A DNA stretch of 39,507 nt. It comes from a virus. Its lineage: Duplodnaviria > Caudoviricetes. How positions within the stretch are numbered: position 1 is the first letter of the stretch; every line of letters begins with the position of its first letter. The position numbers and the translations under genes were made by a program. Below the pieces are notes generated by a model. The model saw nothing but the letters and a program-made list of their open reading frames with translations. It searched no databases and was not told the DNA's origin. Where the stretch lies: positions 1 through 39,507 of IMG/VR virus record IMGVR_UViG_3300037851_001353; one strand, written 5' to 3'. Below are positions 27,008 to 36,597 of the stretch, in pieces.

Positions 27008-27018
27008 GGGTTTAGATA

Positions 27019-27366
27019 CTATTTGTCGTTTCTATACCATAGAGTTACGGTTAGAGACGCCCCTGTAGTAACGCTGGCGGATAGGACGGAGGCTCTAATG
27101 TAGCCAAATACTTGATTTCCCGTGATGGCTTTAATTACTGTTCCATTAGCGGATTGGGCGGCTGTGGAGTCTAGTGTAAACCAAACAGTGCCGTCTGGAC
27201 TATGTTCTATAGTTGTTGTGTACGTGCCATCTGTTCTAGAAGCCACTTTTGATTCGATAATAAATTCTACGGCGTGGTTTGGAAGGGCTTTTGTGGAAGA
27301 GAGGGTTGTGGTGTCGGATACGATTGATTGGGAAGAGAGTAATAATTGGTGATTTACTGCAGCCAT
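27019..27366 (-). CDS. Small beta-rich virion protein
   Basis: IEHSPDGTVWF motif; T/S-rich. Confidence 0.6.
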   Translation of the reverse strand: MAAVNHQLLLSSQSIVSDTTTLSSTKALPNHAVEFIIESKVASRTDGTYTTTIEHSPDGTVWFTLDSTAAQSANGTVIKAITGNQVFGYIRASVLSASVTTGASLTVTLWYRNDK

Positions 27367-27821
27367 GGTTTATTCCTTAATAGATATAAAACGTCTTTTG
27401 GTGTTATTAAGTTTATATCTTTACTTAATTCTATATTATACATTTTTTGTAAAATTAAAGCAATAAATTCGGAACATAAGTATCCTTTATTTATTGGGTT
27501 CTTTGGTAATTTTAGAAGCATGGATATTAGAACTCCGAAGATCTGGAAGAAACCATATTTTTTACCTAGATATGGAACTACGATTCTAAGGAATACCTCA
27601 AATTGATCTCTACTCATTTCTAGTGGTTCATAAATTAAAGATTCATTTTTTTCAAAGAATAATTGATCGTGTATTATGTTTACGCCTAGATGATTTGCAT
27701 GAATTATTACGTTGCCAACTTGCATATATACGTGGCTAAATTCAGTGTTTTCTATCCATCTAATTAAATGGCTTACAAAGGCTAGTTTACTTTTTGGACG
27801 AGAAAAACCTATACCTATCAT
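27354..27821 (-). CDS. Permuted papain-like amidase (YaeF/YiiX, permuted NlpC/P60)
   Basis: FSHV (His) precedes YLGKKYG and LCSEFIA (Cys). Confidence 0.8.
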   Translation of the reverse strand: MIGIGFSRPKSKLAFVSHLIRWIENTEFSHVYMQVGNVIIHANHLGVNIIHDQLFFEKNESLIYEPLEMSRDQFEVFLRIVVPYLGKKYGFFQIFGVLISMLLKLPKNPINKGYLCSEFIALILQKMYNIELSKDINLITPKDVLYLLRNKPWLQ

Positions 27822-28477
27822 ACACTTTTCTTATGTAAATAAAGATTACAATAGAAATTTACGTCATTTACTGTGCCTATTGATACGTAAACTATTCTTA
27901 TATATAAATTTGCTATTATACGGGCGGGGTACGGTAGCAATATTTCTGGCTGTGAATTAGAGTCTCTTAAGTACCATTTCGATATAAATTCATCTAATAT
28001 TACGTTTGTGCCATACCCTAAGATATTATCTTTATCTATTACTTGAAATTTTACGTAATCGCCAATTACGTGGTTTTGAACAATCATCTGTCCACCATTT
28101 AAGTATCTTTCTTCTGTTAATTTAAAATCAATATTCGTGGTGGTAGTTTTTGTTGCTATACCATCCATAGCCATACCACGAAAACGAAAGTTTGTGGCAT
28201 CAGCAAAGACTGTGTTTCTGGTTAGAGGGATCCCATCTGTGCTTAGTGTTGCTCCTGTTTTTAGGAAATCTATATGTGCAGATATTGATCCACTTAAGTC
28301 TGTGGAGCCATCCTTCGACATTTTTATTATACCATTGGCTAGATCTGTAATTAAAGTACTATCATTTGCAAATTCAATTTCTACGTTTTGTGGAATTGCA
28401 TAAAATGATTCTGCAGCTATTTCTCTGCCTTGATATGTTTTTGCACTTTGTGTTGGATTATGTATATACTTAGCCAT
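27818..28477 (-). CDS. Virion structural protein
   Basis: Coupled ORF in structural module. Confidence 0.6.
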   Translation of the reverse strand: MAKYIHNPTQSAKTYQGREIAAESFYAIPQNVEIEFANDSTLITDLANGIIKMSKDGSTDLSGSISAHIDFLKTGATLSTDGIPLTRNTVFADATNFRFRGMAMDGIATKTTTTNIDFKLTEERYLNGGQMIVQNHVIGDYVKFQVIDKDNILGYGTNVILDEFISKWYLRDSNSQPEILLPYPARIIANLYIRIVYVSIGTVNDVNFYCNLYLHKKSV

Positions 28478-29154
28478 TATACGACCTCAAAGAAATAGAC
28501 TATAGCCATATCAGAAGGATTATCACCATCATCTGTCCATCTACCACGTAATTGATCTCCAGAAGCAAAACTATAATTTAAATTTTCAAATACAGCCCCA
28601 CCAGTTACGTTAGCAAACGTTACTGTTGTAGAGTCAATTATATTCCCTGCGGCTGTTCCATTTTTATAGAGGACTACTATACCATCTATGTTGCTACCTG
28701 CAAAAGAGATAGATATTTCTCTTAAAATAGAATTTTTTGGAATTCTTAATGGGACTATATCTCCAGGCATTAATTCACTATATCCTAACCACTGATTATT
28801 CGTGACTGTTCCGTTAAATGTACATACAAAAGAGAAGCGAGTCTTTGCTAGTTTTGTTGCTGATTCTTCTATTGCCGCTTGCGTATTAGTTGCTACAAAC
28901 CCGTTGCTTGTATTATCAAAAGATTCCTGACTGGCTGTATGTAAGGACTGTAGCGTTCTAGTCCCAGAAACGGGGTCTATAAATTGTATATTTGTTGCGT
29001 TTTTTTGAATTAAGAATGTATCTAGATTTTCTAGGGCAATACCTTTTCCTGCAAGGTAATCCTCACTTGGATCACTTTCTCTAGGAAAGGGATCTATTTC
29101 AGTTCCACCTGAGGAGGAATGTTCTATTTTTAGGGGCTTCACCTTGTCGACCAA
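28477..29154 (-). CDS. Virion structural/fibre protein
   Basis: GAGG SD; ATNTQAAIEE fibre-type motif; beta-sandwich-like C-terminus. Confidence 0.6.
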   Translation of the reverse strand: MVDKVKPLKIEHSSSGGTEIDPFPRESDPSEDYLAGKGIALENLDTFLIQKNATNIQFIDPVSGTRTLQSLHTASQESFDNTSNGFVATNTQAAIEESATKLAKTRFSFVCTFNGTVTNNQWLGYSELMPGDIVPLRIPKNSILREISISFAGSNIDGIVVLYKNGTAAGNIIDSTTVTFANVTGGAVFENLNYSFASGDQLRGRWTDDGDNPSDMAIVYFFEVV

Positions 29155-29168
29155 AGTATACCTCTTTT

Positions 29169-29198
29169 AAAAGAAAAAGGGAGCCGAAGCCCCCTCTT
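29169..29198 (-). terminator. Intrinsic terminator
   Basis: AGGGGGC-TTCG-GCTCCCT-TTTTCTTTT on the - strand. Confidence 0.85.
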
Positions 29199-29199
29199 A

Positions 29200-30027
29200 T
29201 TAGGCTCTACGTCCTAAAGATTGAATTGCAATATCTAGAACAGTTGCACTTTTTGCGTATCCTACTTGAACAATTACGTTTCCTGTACCTGCTGGAATAG
29301 TAGAAGAAATTTCTCCAGCTGTAGTACTAAGATAGTAACGTGCTCCGGGAGTTAAGCCAGAGAAACCGGAAAGACGTCCGAATTTTCTAACTGTAACAGA
29401 AGCTGTATCTAGAGCGGCGGCAGTAGCAAAACCTACGGCTTGTGACATTGTTAAATCGTCAGCGTCTGCTTTAGAAACGCTATCTGCTGCGGATATATAT
29501 ACTACGTCACGAATAAGGAGGTCTTCATCCGCGGTGTATGTATCATCAATATTAGATGCAACAGAAACGGTATTTAGGTTATCCCAAGCAACACCGTCCC
29601 ATGCATACAAACTTTTATTTGTACTATCATACACTAGGTATCCAGCGTCCGAGCTGAAGGATGGAGTAGCAGAAGGGGCACCTGCAATGTGTGGCAATTT
29701 AAATGAATCTAATTGACCAGCTGAGTCTGTTACTAGAGGAAAGAGCACAGCCCCTGCTGTAGTCATTACGTTATTTCTTTCCTTTAGCATTAAATTGTCA
29801 ATGGTTCCAGATCCAGCTGTAAAGTTGATTGTAGCTGTAGATGGCGACTGGAACGCAAGATCTTGAATGTCTACGATGTCTTGGTTGTTCATATCTAATC
29901 CAGTACTAGATAGAACAGGTCCGCCGCCTTGAACAGTAAATGATGCTAGCGTGATTTCATCAGCCGCTGAATCAAATTCTGTAGAAAGCCCAGTAGAACC
30001 AATTTTGAGTAGCTTTACTTGAGCCAT
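29200..30027 (-). CDS. Capsid decoration/fibre protein (cement-like C-terminal domain)
   Basis: VSKADAD..AVGFA..GLTPGARYYLSTTAG..VQVGYA. Confidence 0.65.
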   Translation of the reverse strand: MAQVKLLKIGSTGLSTEFDSAADEITLASFTVQGGGPVLSSTGLDMNNQDIVDIQDLAFQSPSTATINFTAGSGTIDNLMLKERNNVMTTAGAVLFPLVTDSAGQLDSFKLPHIAGAPSATPSFSSDAGYLVYDSTNKSLYAWDGVAWDNLNTVSVASNIDDTYTADEDLLIRDVVYISAADSVSKADADDLTMSQAVGFATAAALDTASVTVRKFGRLSGFSGLTPGARYYLSTTAGEISSTIPAGTGNVIVQVGYAKSATVLDIAIQSLGRRA

Positions 30028-30061
30028 AGATTTCCTCCCAAATGGCTAGTGCGGAATTACA

Positions 30062-30373
30062 CTAGTCCAACTTTTTAATTTCATACGAGTATTCATCAAT
30101 TACACAATCTTTTAATTCAACACCACAGGATTCTTCAACTCGTTTTTTCATTTTTTCGTATTCAGAGTCTTGTAGTGTGATTTTTTCTTTGCTTTGAGTT
30201 ACTTCATTCATTTTAAAGATGGCTGCTCTTAATTTTAGTAACTCTATTTCTCTTTCCATTGCTTGCATTTTGTGCATAGCAACTTCGTACTTTAGACGGG
30301 CGGTATGCTGCTCTTCTATTGTACAGCGCCATTCCCAGTAGAGTGCCGGATCTATTTGTCCTATGACTTGCAT
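30062..30373 (-). CDS. Hypothetical coiled-coil protein
   Basis: ORF in late operon. Confidence 0.65.
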   Translation of the reverse strand: MQVIGQIDPALYWEWRCTIEEQHTARLKYEVAMHKMQAMEREIELLKLRAAIFKMNEVTQSKEKITLQDSEYEKMKKRVEESCGVELKDCVIDEYSYEIKKLD

Positions 30374-30375
30374 AT

Positions 30376-30795
30376 TTATGCCCTTTTAAATCCTGTGCCT
30401 TTATTTACTACAAGGCGTGTTGCGGAAAGTGGTTGACCTACACGAAGAACTATTTGTCCTGAGCCTGTTGGTGGTGTTATGGTTAGGGCGCCTGCCGTGG
30501 TCTCACTTAGGAAGTATTCTTTAGTAGGATCTAAAGATAGGAAAATTTCTGGTGTTGCACCAGTTACGCGGATATCACAAAGAGTACTACTACTTTTTGA
30601 TTGTACAATGCCTATAACATTAGAATTTGCTTCTACATCGGCTTGTGCGTTGTAGGCTGTTCCTAAAGAGTCCATTCTTACGGCTGCTCCGACATATACA
30701 GTGGGGTCACATGGCACGTTTGTCAATAGAATGCCAGAAGAGGCAGCAACTGCTTTTGCATTTAGCGGTGTGGATGCCTCGTGGAATATTGACAT
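30376..30795 (-). CDS. Capsid decoration-like protein
   Basis: NVIGIV..YFLSETTAG..VLRVGQ, same pattern as C-terminus of 29200-30027. Confidence 0.6.
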   Translation of the reverse strand: MSIFHEASTPLNAKAVAASSGILLTNVPCDPTVYVGAAVRMDSLGTAYNAQADVEANSNVIGIVQSKSSSTLCDIRVTGATPEIFLSLDPTKEYFLSETTAGALTITPPTGSGQIVLRVGQPLSATRLVVNKGTGFKRA

Positions 30796-31448
30796 TATGC
30801 TACCTCATCAACTACTACCTCTCCGGTGCCAGACAGCATTCTTGCATATACAATAATAGTATCACGAATAGCAACACTTTTAAAGCCGCCGTCTTCAATA
30901 CGAAATCCTTCCGTAGAAGGTGCGGAGTTTGAGTAGTTCCAAAGAACTGTGTTGCCGTTGCCACTTATATTTTGTACAGTTAAGCTATTTCTGTTTGCTA
31001 GTGCACTAGAGGGAAGCGCCGTCCATGATGCTGCGGTTAGGGCTACGTGGGTGACTAAGCCACCTATTGTTAAGCCTGTTGGTGAGAAGGAACCGGTTAC
31101 TGCTCCCGTGATGGAGACTGGCTCATCTATACTTGATGAGTAGAAACCGGATACGATTAAGCTCCCTGGAGAACTATCATATGTTGTTATGTTGAAGCGA
31201 ACTTGGTCCCATGTACTGATGTCAAGAACTTCAGAACTATTGCCTGTTATAGTTAACACATCTGTAAAAGCAGTAGCATCGAAAAGGCGGGCTTGTACGA
31301 CTAATACATTGGCTGCGCCTGCTCCGGTTACTGAAACGCGTAATTTAGCCTCTCCATGAAGCGTAAAAGGGTCGTCTGCAACTATCCCTGTTGCATTGAA
31401 CGCGCTAGATATGTGAAACCGCGTGTCATGCGGGTGCCGAGTTGCCAT
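30795..31448 (-). CDS. Virion structural protein
   Basis: Beta-rich, apparently two domains; GAGG SD. Confidence 0.6.
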   Translation of the reverse strand: MATRHPHDTRFHISSAFNATGIVADDPFTLHGEAKLRVSVTGAGAANVLVVQARLFDATAFTDVLTITGNSSEVLDISTWDQVRFNITTYDSSPGSLIVSGFYSSSIDEPVSITGAVTGSFSPTGLTIGGLVTHVALTAASWTALPSSALANRNSLTVQNISGNGNTVLWNYSNSAPSTEGFRIEDGGFKSVAIRDTIIVYARMLSGTGEVVVDEVA

Positions 31449-31499
31449 AAAACCTCAATTACCTATTTAATAGGTTGTAGTACCTATTTTAGTACGTAA

Positions 31500-31835
31500 T
31501 TAATGTCTATCAGCTGTATCGGATCCCATGATTGACATGAAAAAAACGGCGTCAGTAGCTGTTTGTGTAGCAGAATCTTTAAAACGAACTTGGATAGCTG
31601 AAGTTGAAGAGGATACTACTTCACCGAAAAGACCTGCAGTTAAGCTTGTCAATTGAACAATTGGAGCTTCTGCAAAAGGTTGGTCTAAAGTGATTGTGTA
31701 TAATCCTGTTCCATCGTCTGTAAGAGATACTTGTTGGTAATCCATTACTTGAGCAAGAGCGGCTGTGCCCGTTCCTGTAACTCGGATATGAAGGTCACGT
31801 CGCATTCTTTGGTGAGATTTAATTGAACGAAGCAT
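31500..31835 (-). CDS. Small virion protein following the major capsid gene
   Basis: GTGLYTITL..PF...P motif; GAGG SD. Confidence 0.6.
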   Translation of the reverse strand: MLRSIKSHQRMRRDLHIRVTGTGTAALAQVMDYQQVSLTDDGTGLYTITLDQPFAEAPIVQLTSLTAGLFGEVVSSSTSAIQVRFKDSATQTATDAVFFMSIMGSDTADRH

Positions 31836-31863
31836 TTTAATTCCTCTGTTAGTTTAGCAGGTT

Positions 31864-31898
31864 AAGAAAAAGGACGCCCAGCCATTAAGACCGGGCGC
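31864..31898 (-). terminator. Terminator after major capsid gene
   Basis: CGCCCGGTC-TTAAT-GGCTGGGCG then TCCTTTTTCTT on the - strand. Confidence 0.7.
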
Positions 31899-31912
31899 TT
31901 TGTGTATTAATC

Positions 31913-33109
31913 TTAGTTTACGTTAAGACCAGTTAAGACACCATGGAAGTTTGGATCGATGAATGTTTGCCAGTATCCGCCGTAACGAGCTTCGTAAGCA
32001 TCTTCAGAAGCTTTTCTTAAGAATACTGTTCCGTCGTCATCAAACCAACCGAATCCTGGAGCATGGTGGATTTCGATTTTGTCATCATTCAAGAAATACA
32101 TACGATCGTCTTCACAGAATCTATCGGCAAAGATACCGATTGCTCCACGAGTAGACATGAACTCTAAACCTTTAAAAGAGAATTGTCCTTTAAGGTCTTG
32201 AGCTCTTGCTGGAAGGTCGTATTGTTTTTGATCTTCAAGAATGTTTAACAATTTTTCGTATTGCTTGTAGCTTGTAACGATCAAGTTTGGAGCTTTCCCA
32301 CACTTTTTCTCGATAGAAAGCATCATTTTGTTCATAAGGTCAGTAGAGATAGTTTGAGAAGAAGCGGCTAATTGGAAAGCTTTCCATCTTCTGTCAACTG
32401 TAATTCCGTAAAGAGATCCTGAAGTTGCATCAAGAATTCCTTTAAGACCATGTGGATCGTTGTCTTTTGACTTTTGCATGTAAAGTACTGTGCCAGATCC
32501 CGTAGCTGTTAAGTCTGTAGAACCAGAAAGACGGCTAAGAGTTACTGTTCTCGTATCTGGATCAACAGAAACTATTTCGAATTGGTCTGTTGTAGATCCT
32601 GGGTTTACCATATCTCTTTCTTCAAAGTTAGCTTCTTTCCATGTAGCAACAGAGATTATACAAACTGGAGCAGTAGCTGTACCAGTAGCATTTGCTTGAA
32701 GAGTTCCGAGCGCTGCAGTTCCATCTCCGAAAAGAATACGAGAAGCGTTTCTCATATAAGATTCAACGCCTTTCTTTACAACTTCTTTAAGAGCGCGAAC
32801 GAAAGCGCCTTCGTCTGACATAGAAGCTTTAATTGCTTCACGATCGATTTCAACAGCAGCGTAAACTTTTTTTCTTGTAAGAGTAGCTTCACTGTAGATA
32901 GCTGTGTTTGTATCTGGAAGAGATCCTGAGCTCACGCCTCCGGCGAAAGATCGTGGAACAGAAATTAACATCTGTTTTCCTGTAAAAGAGTAAGATTTCT
33001 TTACTCGTCCAAGAAGAACGTTAGCAGAGTTGTAAACATTTTCGCTTAATTTATCGTAGTTAATTTTAAAGAGGGCAGATGCGCTCGTTAATGAAAATTC
33101 AGAAGCCAT
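31913..33109 (-). CDS. Major capsid protein
   Basis: 398 aa after scaffold, followed by a terminator; LFGDGT and GLKGI capsid-like motifs. Confidence 0.85.
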   Translation of the reverse strand: MASEFSLTSASALFKINYDKLSENVYNSANVLLGRVKKSYSFTGKQMLISVPRSFAGGVSSGSLPDTNTAIYSEATLTRKKVYAAVEIDREAIKASMSDEGAFVRALKEVVKKGVESYMRNASRILFGDGTAALGTLQANATGTATAPVCIISVATWKEANFEERDMVNPGSTTDQFEIVSVDPDTRTVTLSRLSGSTDLTATGSGTVLYMQKSKDNDPHGLKGILDATSGSLYGITVDRRWKAFQLAASSQTISTDLMNKMMLSIEKKCGKAPNLIVTSYKQYEKLLNILEDQKQYDLPARAQDLKGQFSFKGLEFMSTRGAIGIFADRFCEDDRMYFLNDDKIEIHHAPGFGWFDDDGTVFLRKASEDAYEARYGGYWQTFIDPNFHGVLTGLNVN

Positions 33110-33121
33110 TAGTTAGTCCTT

Positions 33122-34285
33122 TTAAATGTCATCCCACGTTTGGGGAATCTTGTGAATAGATGGTTGTAGTTGTTTATGTTCATTTTTTTCTAAAATTTTA
33201 TCTTTAAATTCGGCTTGTTTAACAGGTGAGCGCTTTTTTGTTCCGTATCTTTTTGCAAATGAGTTGCTGATTATATCTAGTAGTTCCTCGTCTTGATATG
33301 AATCTTGAAGAAGGAGATCTACTATGTTAGAAACAACCTTGTCATTTGAGAGCAAGCTTTCATCTACTTCCTTAATTAGTAACTCAGCTCTGTCGAAGGC
33401 TTTGCTTTGTTTAGCGTATTCTACGAGTAGATCTGGAGTTATTTCTTCGGGTTTGTAGTGAGAAGCTAGGGCATCATAATACTGAACTAGAGCTTCATCA
33501 TCTATTTTGTGAACTTCCTGAATTTGTTTAAGTTCTTGCTCGAGCTGCTTTTGCTTTTGCTGTTGCATAGACTTAGACATTTCAGATTCACGTTGCCGTT
33601 TCAGGTAGGCATTCTCTTCTTCTATTTCGGCAAGGCGTCTTTGCTCTTCAGAAGCAGATTGCCATTTTTCGATATCAGGCATAATTTGTTGGCGGAGTTG
33701 CTTTTTAAAAGTTAGTGGGTCCAAACCGCCTAATTGTGCTAGGTATTCCATGGCTCCGATTGCATCACCTTTTTGGGCAATGTCATAAAAACCTTGGATG
33801 TACTTTTCAATTACATCACGTTCATTCTTAAAGGCTTTTCTTTCCTTATCTAGATCCGTGAAGCGTTTATTCCATTCTGTTTTACCAGAAAAATCATTAA
33901 GAAGCTCTTGGAGAGATATTTCAACGTCTTGTCCGTTAACTTTGTGCTTAAAACGTGCACTTGGGTTTATTTCTCCAGGGGCTTCACCATCTAAGTATGA
34001 TAGTCTTTTTGAATTTTGCAAGTCTTTTTTTGGTTTATGTTCTTGTTTTTTATCACTTTCTTGTGATTTTAAGTCTTTAGAAGACTCATTTTTTTCTTCT
34101 TTAACTACTTTTTCATCACTTTTTTCTTGACTTTTAGCTTTTTTTCCTGCTCTAGAGGCTCTATTCTTATCTTCTTCTTGTTTTTGAAGCATTGAATCAA
34201 TTTCATCAAAAGATAGGGATGAGCCGCGGTCCGCATTTTCATTATGCGTTAGATCTACATTTGTTTCGTTGTTTTCGGCTGACAT
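33122..34285 (-). CDS. Scaffolding protein
   Basis: Charged helical protein with KVNGQDVEISLQEL motif, between portal and capsid genes. Confidence 0.8.
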   Translation of the reverse strand: MSAENNETNVDLTHNENADRGSSLSFDEIDSMLQKQEEDKNRASRAGKKAKSQEKSDEKVVKEEKNESSKDLKSQESDKKQEHKPKKDLQNSKRLSYLDGEAPGEINPSARFKHKVNGQDVEISLQELLNDFSGKTEWNKRFTDLDKERKAFKNERDVIEKYIQGFYDIAQKGDAIGAMEYLAQLGGLDPLTFKKQLRQQIMPDIEKWQSASEEQRRLAEIEEENAYLKRQRESEMSKSMQQQKQKQLEQELKQIQEVHKIDDEALVQYYDALASHYKPEEITPDLLVEYAKQSKAFDRAELLIKEVDESLLSNDKVVSNIVDLLLQDSYQDEELLDIISNSFAKRYGTKKRSPVKQAEFKDKILEKNEHKQLQPSIHKIPQTWDDI

Positions 34286-34310
34286 TAGACAGTTCTCCGT
34301 TTAGTTTATA

Positions 34311-36374
34311 TTATCTCTTTTTTAAGAGTCCGTTTTGGGAAGCTGGGGATTGACCTTGAAATGGTTCACCAGGCATTAGAGCCGGTTGTTCTGCAGGGAT
34401 TGTTGCTTGAGATGGTATTCCCATATTGGCATCACCCTGTTTTTGAACAGTTTGATCTTCTCTACTTCTTGGTTGAGACACATATTTATAGAATAAGGGA
34501 AATTGAGCTAGTTGTGCTAGTTGAGCTTCAAAAAGAGGATTTTCTGAGGCTTTTTCAGACATTAGATATTCTGTGGCTTTTACGTGTTCAATAAAGGAGG
34601 CTTGAATTTCTGCTGGGACATCTTCTTTAAAGGAACGCTTTTGCATTTCTTTTACGTGTACTTGCCAGTGTACTATTAGATCTTCCCATTCTTGTGGATC
34701 TAGTACTGGTTCACCTGCTAGAAGAGATTCATTTTCGCTTTCAGCAGCACGGAGCGCGTCTGTAATAATGCTGGTCATCTTATCATCTTGACCAAATTCC
34801 AGCAAATCTACCCAACGCTCGTCACTGAGTAATTGTGGCTTAGTTCTCATTACTTCTAAAATTCTTTCTAGACGAGCAGCTTTACTTTGAGGAAGGGCTG
34901 TACTATTTTGTACTCTAATGTCATAATCTTTTGTAAGATTTGCATTATCGAAGTACTTTAACATATACTTATTATCTTTACCAACTATACGTAACATACG
35001 TTGATCATTTGGATCGTAGTATTCTGAAGCTACTGAAATTGTCATTCTTGCAAGGTCTTTTACAAAATTATTATGTTTTACAACATCTGCACTTATACGT
35101 TCCATTTCTTGTTCATTTAAAAATTGAAGAGCGACTGCAGCAGTAATTCCAGCTGGGGGTTGACCTCTAGATACGCCATGAACTGCACTAATTTGTTCCA
35201 TTTCTAATTTTAGGCGATCACGAAATTCGTATACTTCTCTTGGAGTTGGGTTTGATTGCACGAGAGTCGGTGGTACGGCTCCTTGGTATTGTACGATAGT
35301 TGTGTCGTTGCCTAATGTATCTATTTTTGCCGCTCCGCGTGGCATCATCCACTTAGGGTGTGCACATAGAAAGATATTCTTTGCAGCCATGCTAGTTAGA
35401 TTATTGTGGACCATTTGCAGGGGTTTTACTATTTCATAGAAAGACATTCCGTGGAGTGTGTCTGGTACGTCAATATCTGTAATTCGTAGTACGGGGAGCT
35501 TGCCGTGGTTGTATGGTAGTAGTCCGGCAATTAAGACTGTAGAATCAGTAAATTCACAGTAGTATCCTTCTGGAAGGAACTCTGTTTTTTTATGGTAGAA
35601 ACAATGCACTAATACTTCATTTTCATTTAGACGTCTATGATCAAATGTATCCGGATCAAAGATTGCACTTTTTTCATTATTTAAACGACCGGTTTTGGAC
35701 GGATATTTTTTCTTTAGATCTTCTATATTCATTACTTTAGTACGATATATAAATTCAACTTCGGAAAAAGAGTTTTGTTTTTGTAGATTTACGCGCCACG
35801 GGGCTTCTAGTTCAAAACAAACATCTCCATTCATTTGATTTTGAGGGGTTATATCACCCTTAAAAGGGTTCCATGTAATAAAAAGAAAGGCTTCGCCAAA
35901 GATATATTTTTGTCTATGAATTTTTAAAAGAAGATTTTCTATATCATTAATGTAGAATAGATGTTGAATTAGGGCTTCTACACTTTTTGCAGCGATTTTA
36001 TCTTGATATTCTGTAGTGGAGGGAATGACTGCTACGGCAGGTTTAATTTGATTTATTTGAGCAACTTTCGATTCTGTTAGGTCAAATAGATGGTTTGTAA
36101 CTAACCGAGGGCTTTTACTTAATGGCGTTATCTCGTCATATCGTGAAATACCGGAGCGAGCGTCCTGAGATTTGTATTGAATCCCTTTGTATACGGCTAG
36201 GTTATTTTTATAGTTTTGTACGCGAGTCGTAGAATTTTTTTCTAGAAAGTTTAGATTATTTACTAACCATTCTAATAATTCTTTTTCATCTTTACTATTA
36301 ATTGAATGGAATGGACGGGAGTCTTGCTGAGTTTCTTCGTAATTTTCATCTATTTTATCAAAAAATGAGGACAT
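34311..36374 (-). CDS. Portal protein (P22-like size)
   Basis: 687 aa after TerL; PYNHGKLP, VKPLQMVHN and ISAVHGVSRG motifs; Q/P-rich tail. Confidence 0.88.
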   Translation of the reverse strand: MSSFFDKIDENYEETQQDSRPFHSINSKDEKELLEWLVNNLNFLEKNSTTRVQNYKNNLAVYKGIQYKSQDARSGISRYDEITPLSKSPRLVTNHLFDLTESKVAQINQIKPAVAVIPSTTEYQDKIAAKSVEALIQHLFYINDIENLLLKIHRQKYIFGEAFLFITWNPFKGDITPQNQMNGDVCFELEAPWRVNLQKQNSFSEVEFIYRTKVMNIEDLKKKYPSKTGRLNNEKSAIFDPDTFDHRRLNENEVLVHCFYHKKTEFLPEGYYCEFTDSTVLIAGLLPYNHGKLPVLRITDIDVPDTLHGMSFYEIVKPLQMVHNNLTSMAAKNIFLCAHPKWMMPRGAAKIDTLGNDTTIVQYQGAVPPTLVQSNPTPREVYEFRDRLKLEMEQISAVHGVSRGQPPAGITAAVALQFLNEQEMERISADVVKHNNFVKDLARMTISVASEYYDPNDQRMLRIVGKDNKYMLKYFDNANLTKDYDIRVQNSTALPQSKAARLERILEVMRTKPQLLSDERWVDLLEFGQDDKMTSIITDALRAAESENESLLAGEPVLDPQEWEDLIVHWQVHVKEMQKRSFKEDVPAEIQASFIEHVKATEYLMSEKASENPLFEAQLAQLAQFPLFYKYVSQPRSREDQTVQKQGDANMGIPSQATIPAEQPALMPGEPFQGQSPASQNGLLKKR

Positions 36375-36396
36375 TACCTATTCTCCTGATGGTAGG

Positions 36397-36588
36397 TTAT
36401 AATATGTTATCAAACGACATATTTTGTTTTAATTGTTCATTAAGTTCTTCTATTTTTTTCTCTTCTTCTTTCCAAGGATCTACAAATTGTACGGAATGCG
36501 TGCTAAGTTTTTGAGCTCGTAATTCAATGAAGTTTATTACTGAAAAAATGAAGGATAGTACTGAAAAGATTAGGGCAGCTATTAGCAT
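36397..36588 (-). CDS. Small membrane protein
   Basis: N-terminal TM; AGGT SD. Confidence 0.6.
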   Translation of the reverse strand: MLIAALIFSVLSFIFSVINFIELRAQKLSTHSVQFVDPWKEEEKKIEELNEQLKQNMSFDNIL

Positions 36589-36597
36589 GTTTACCTA

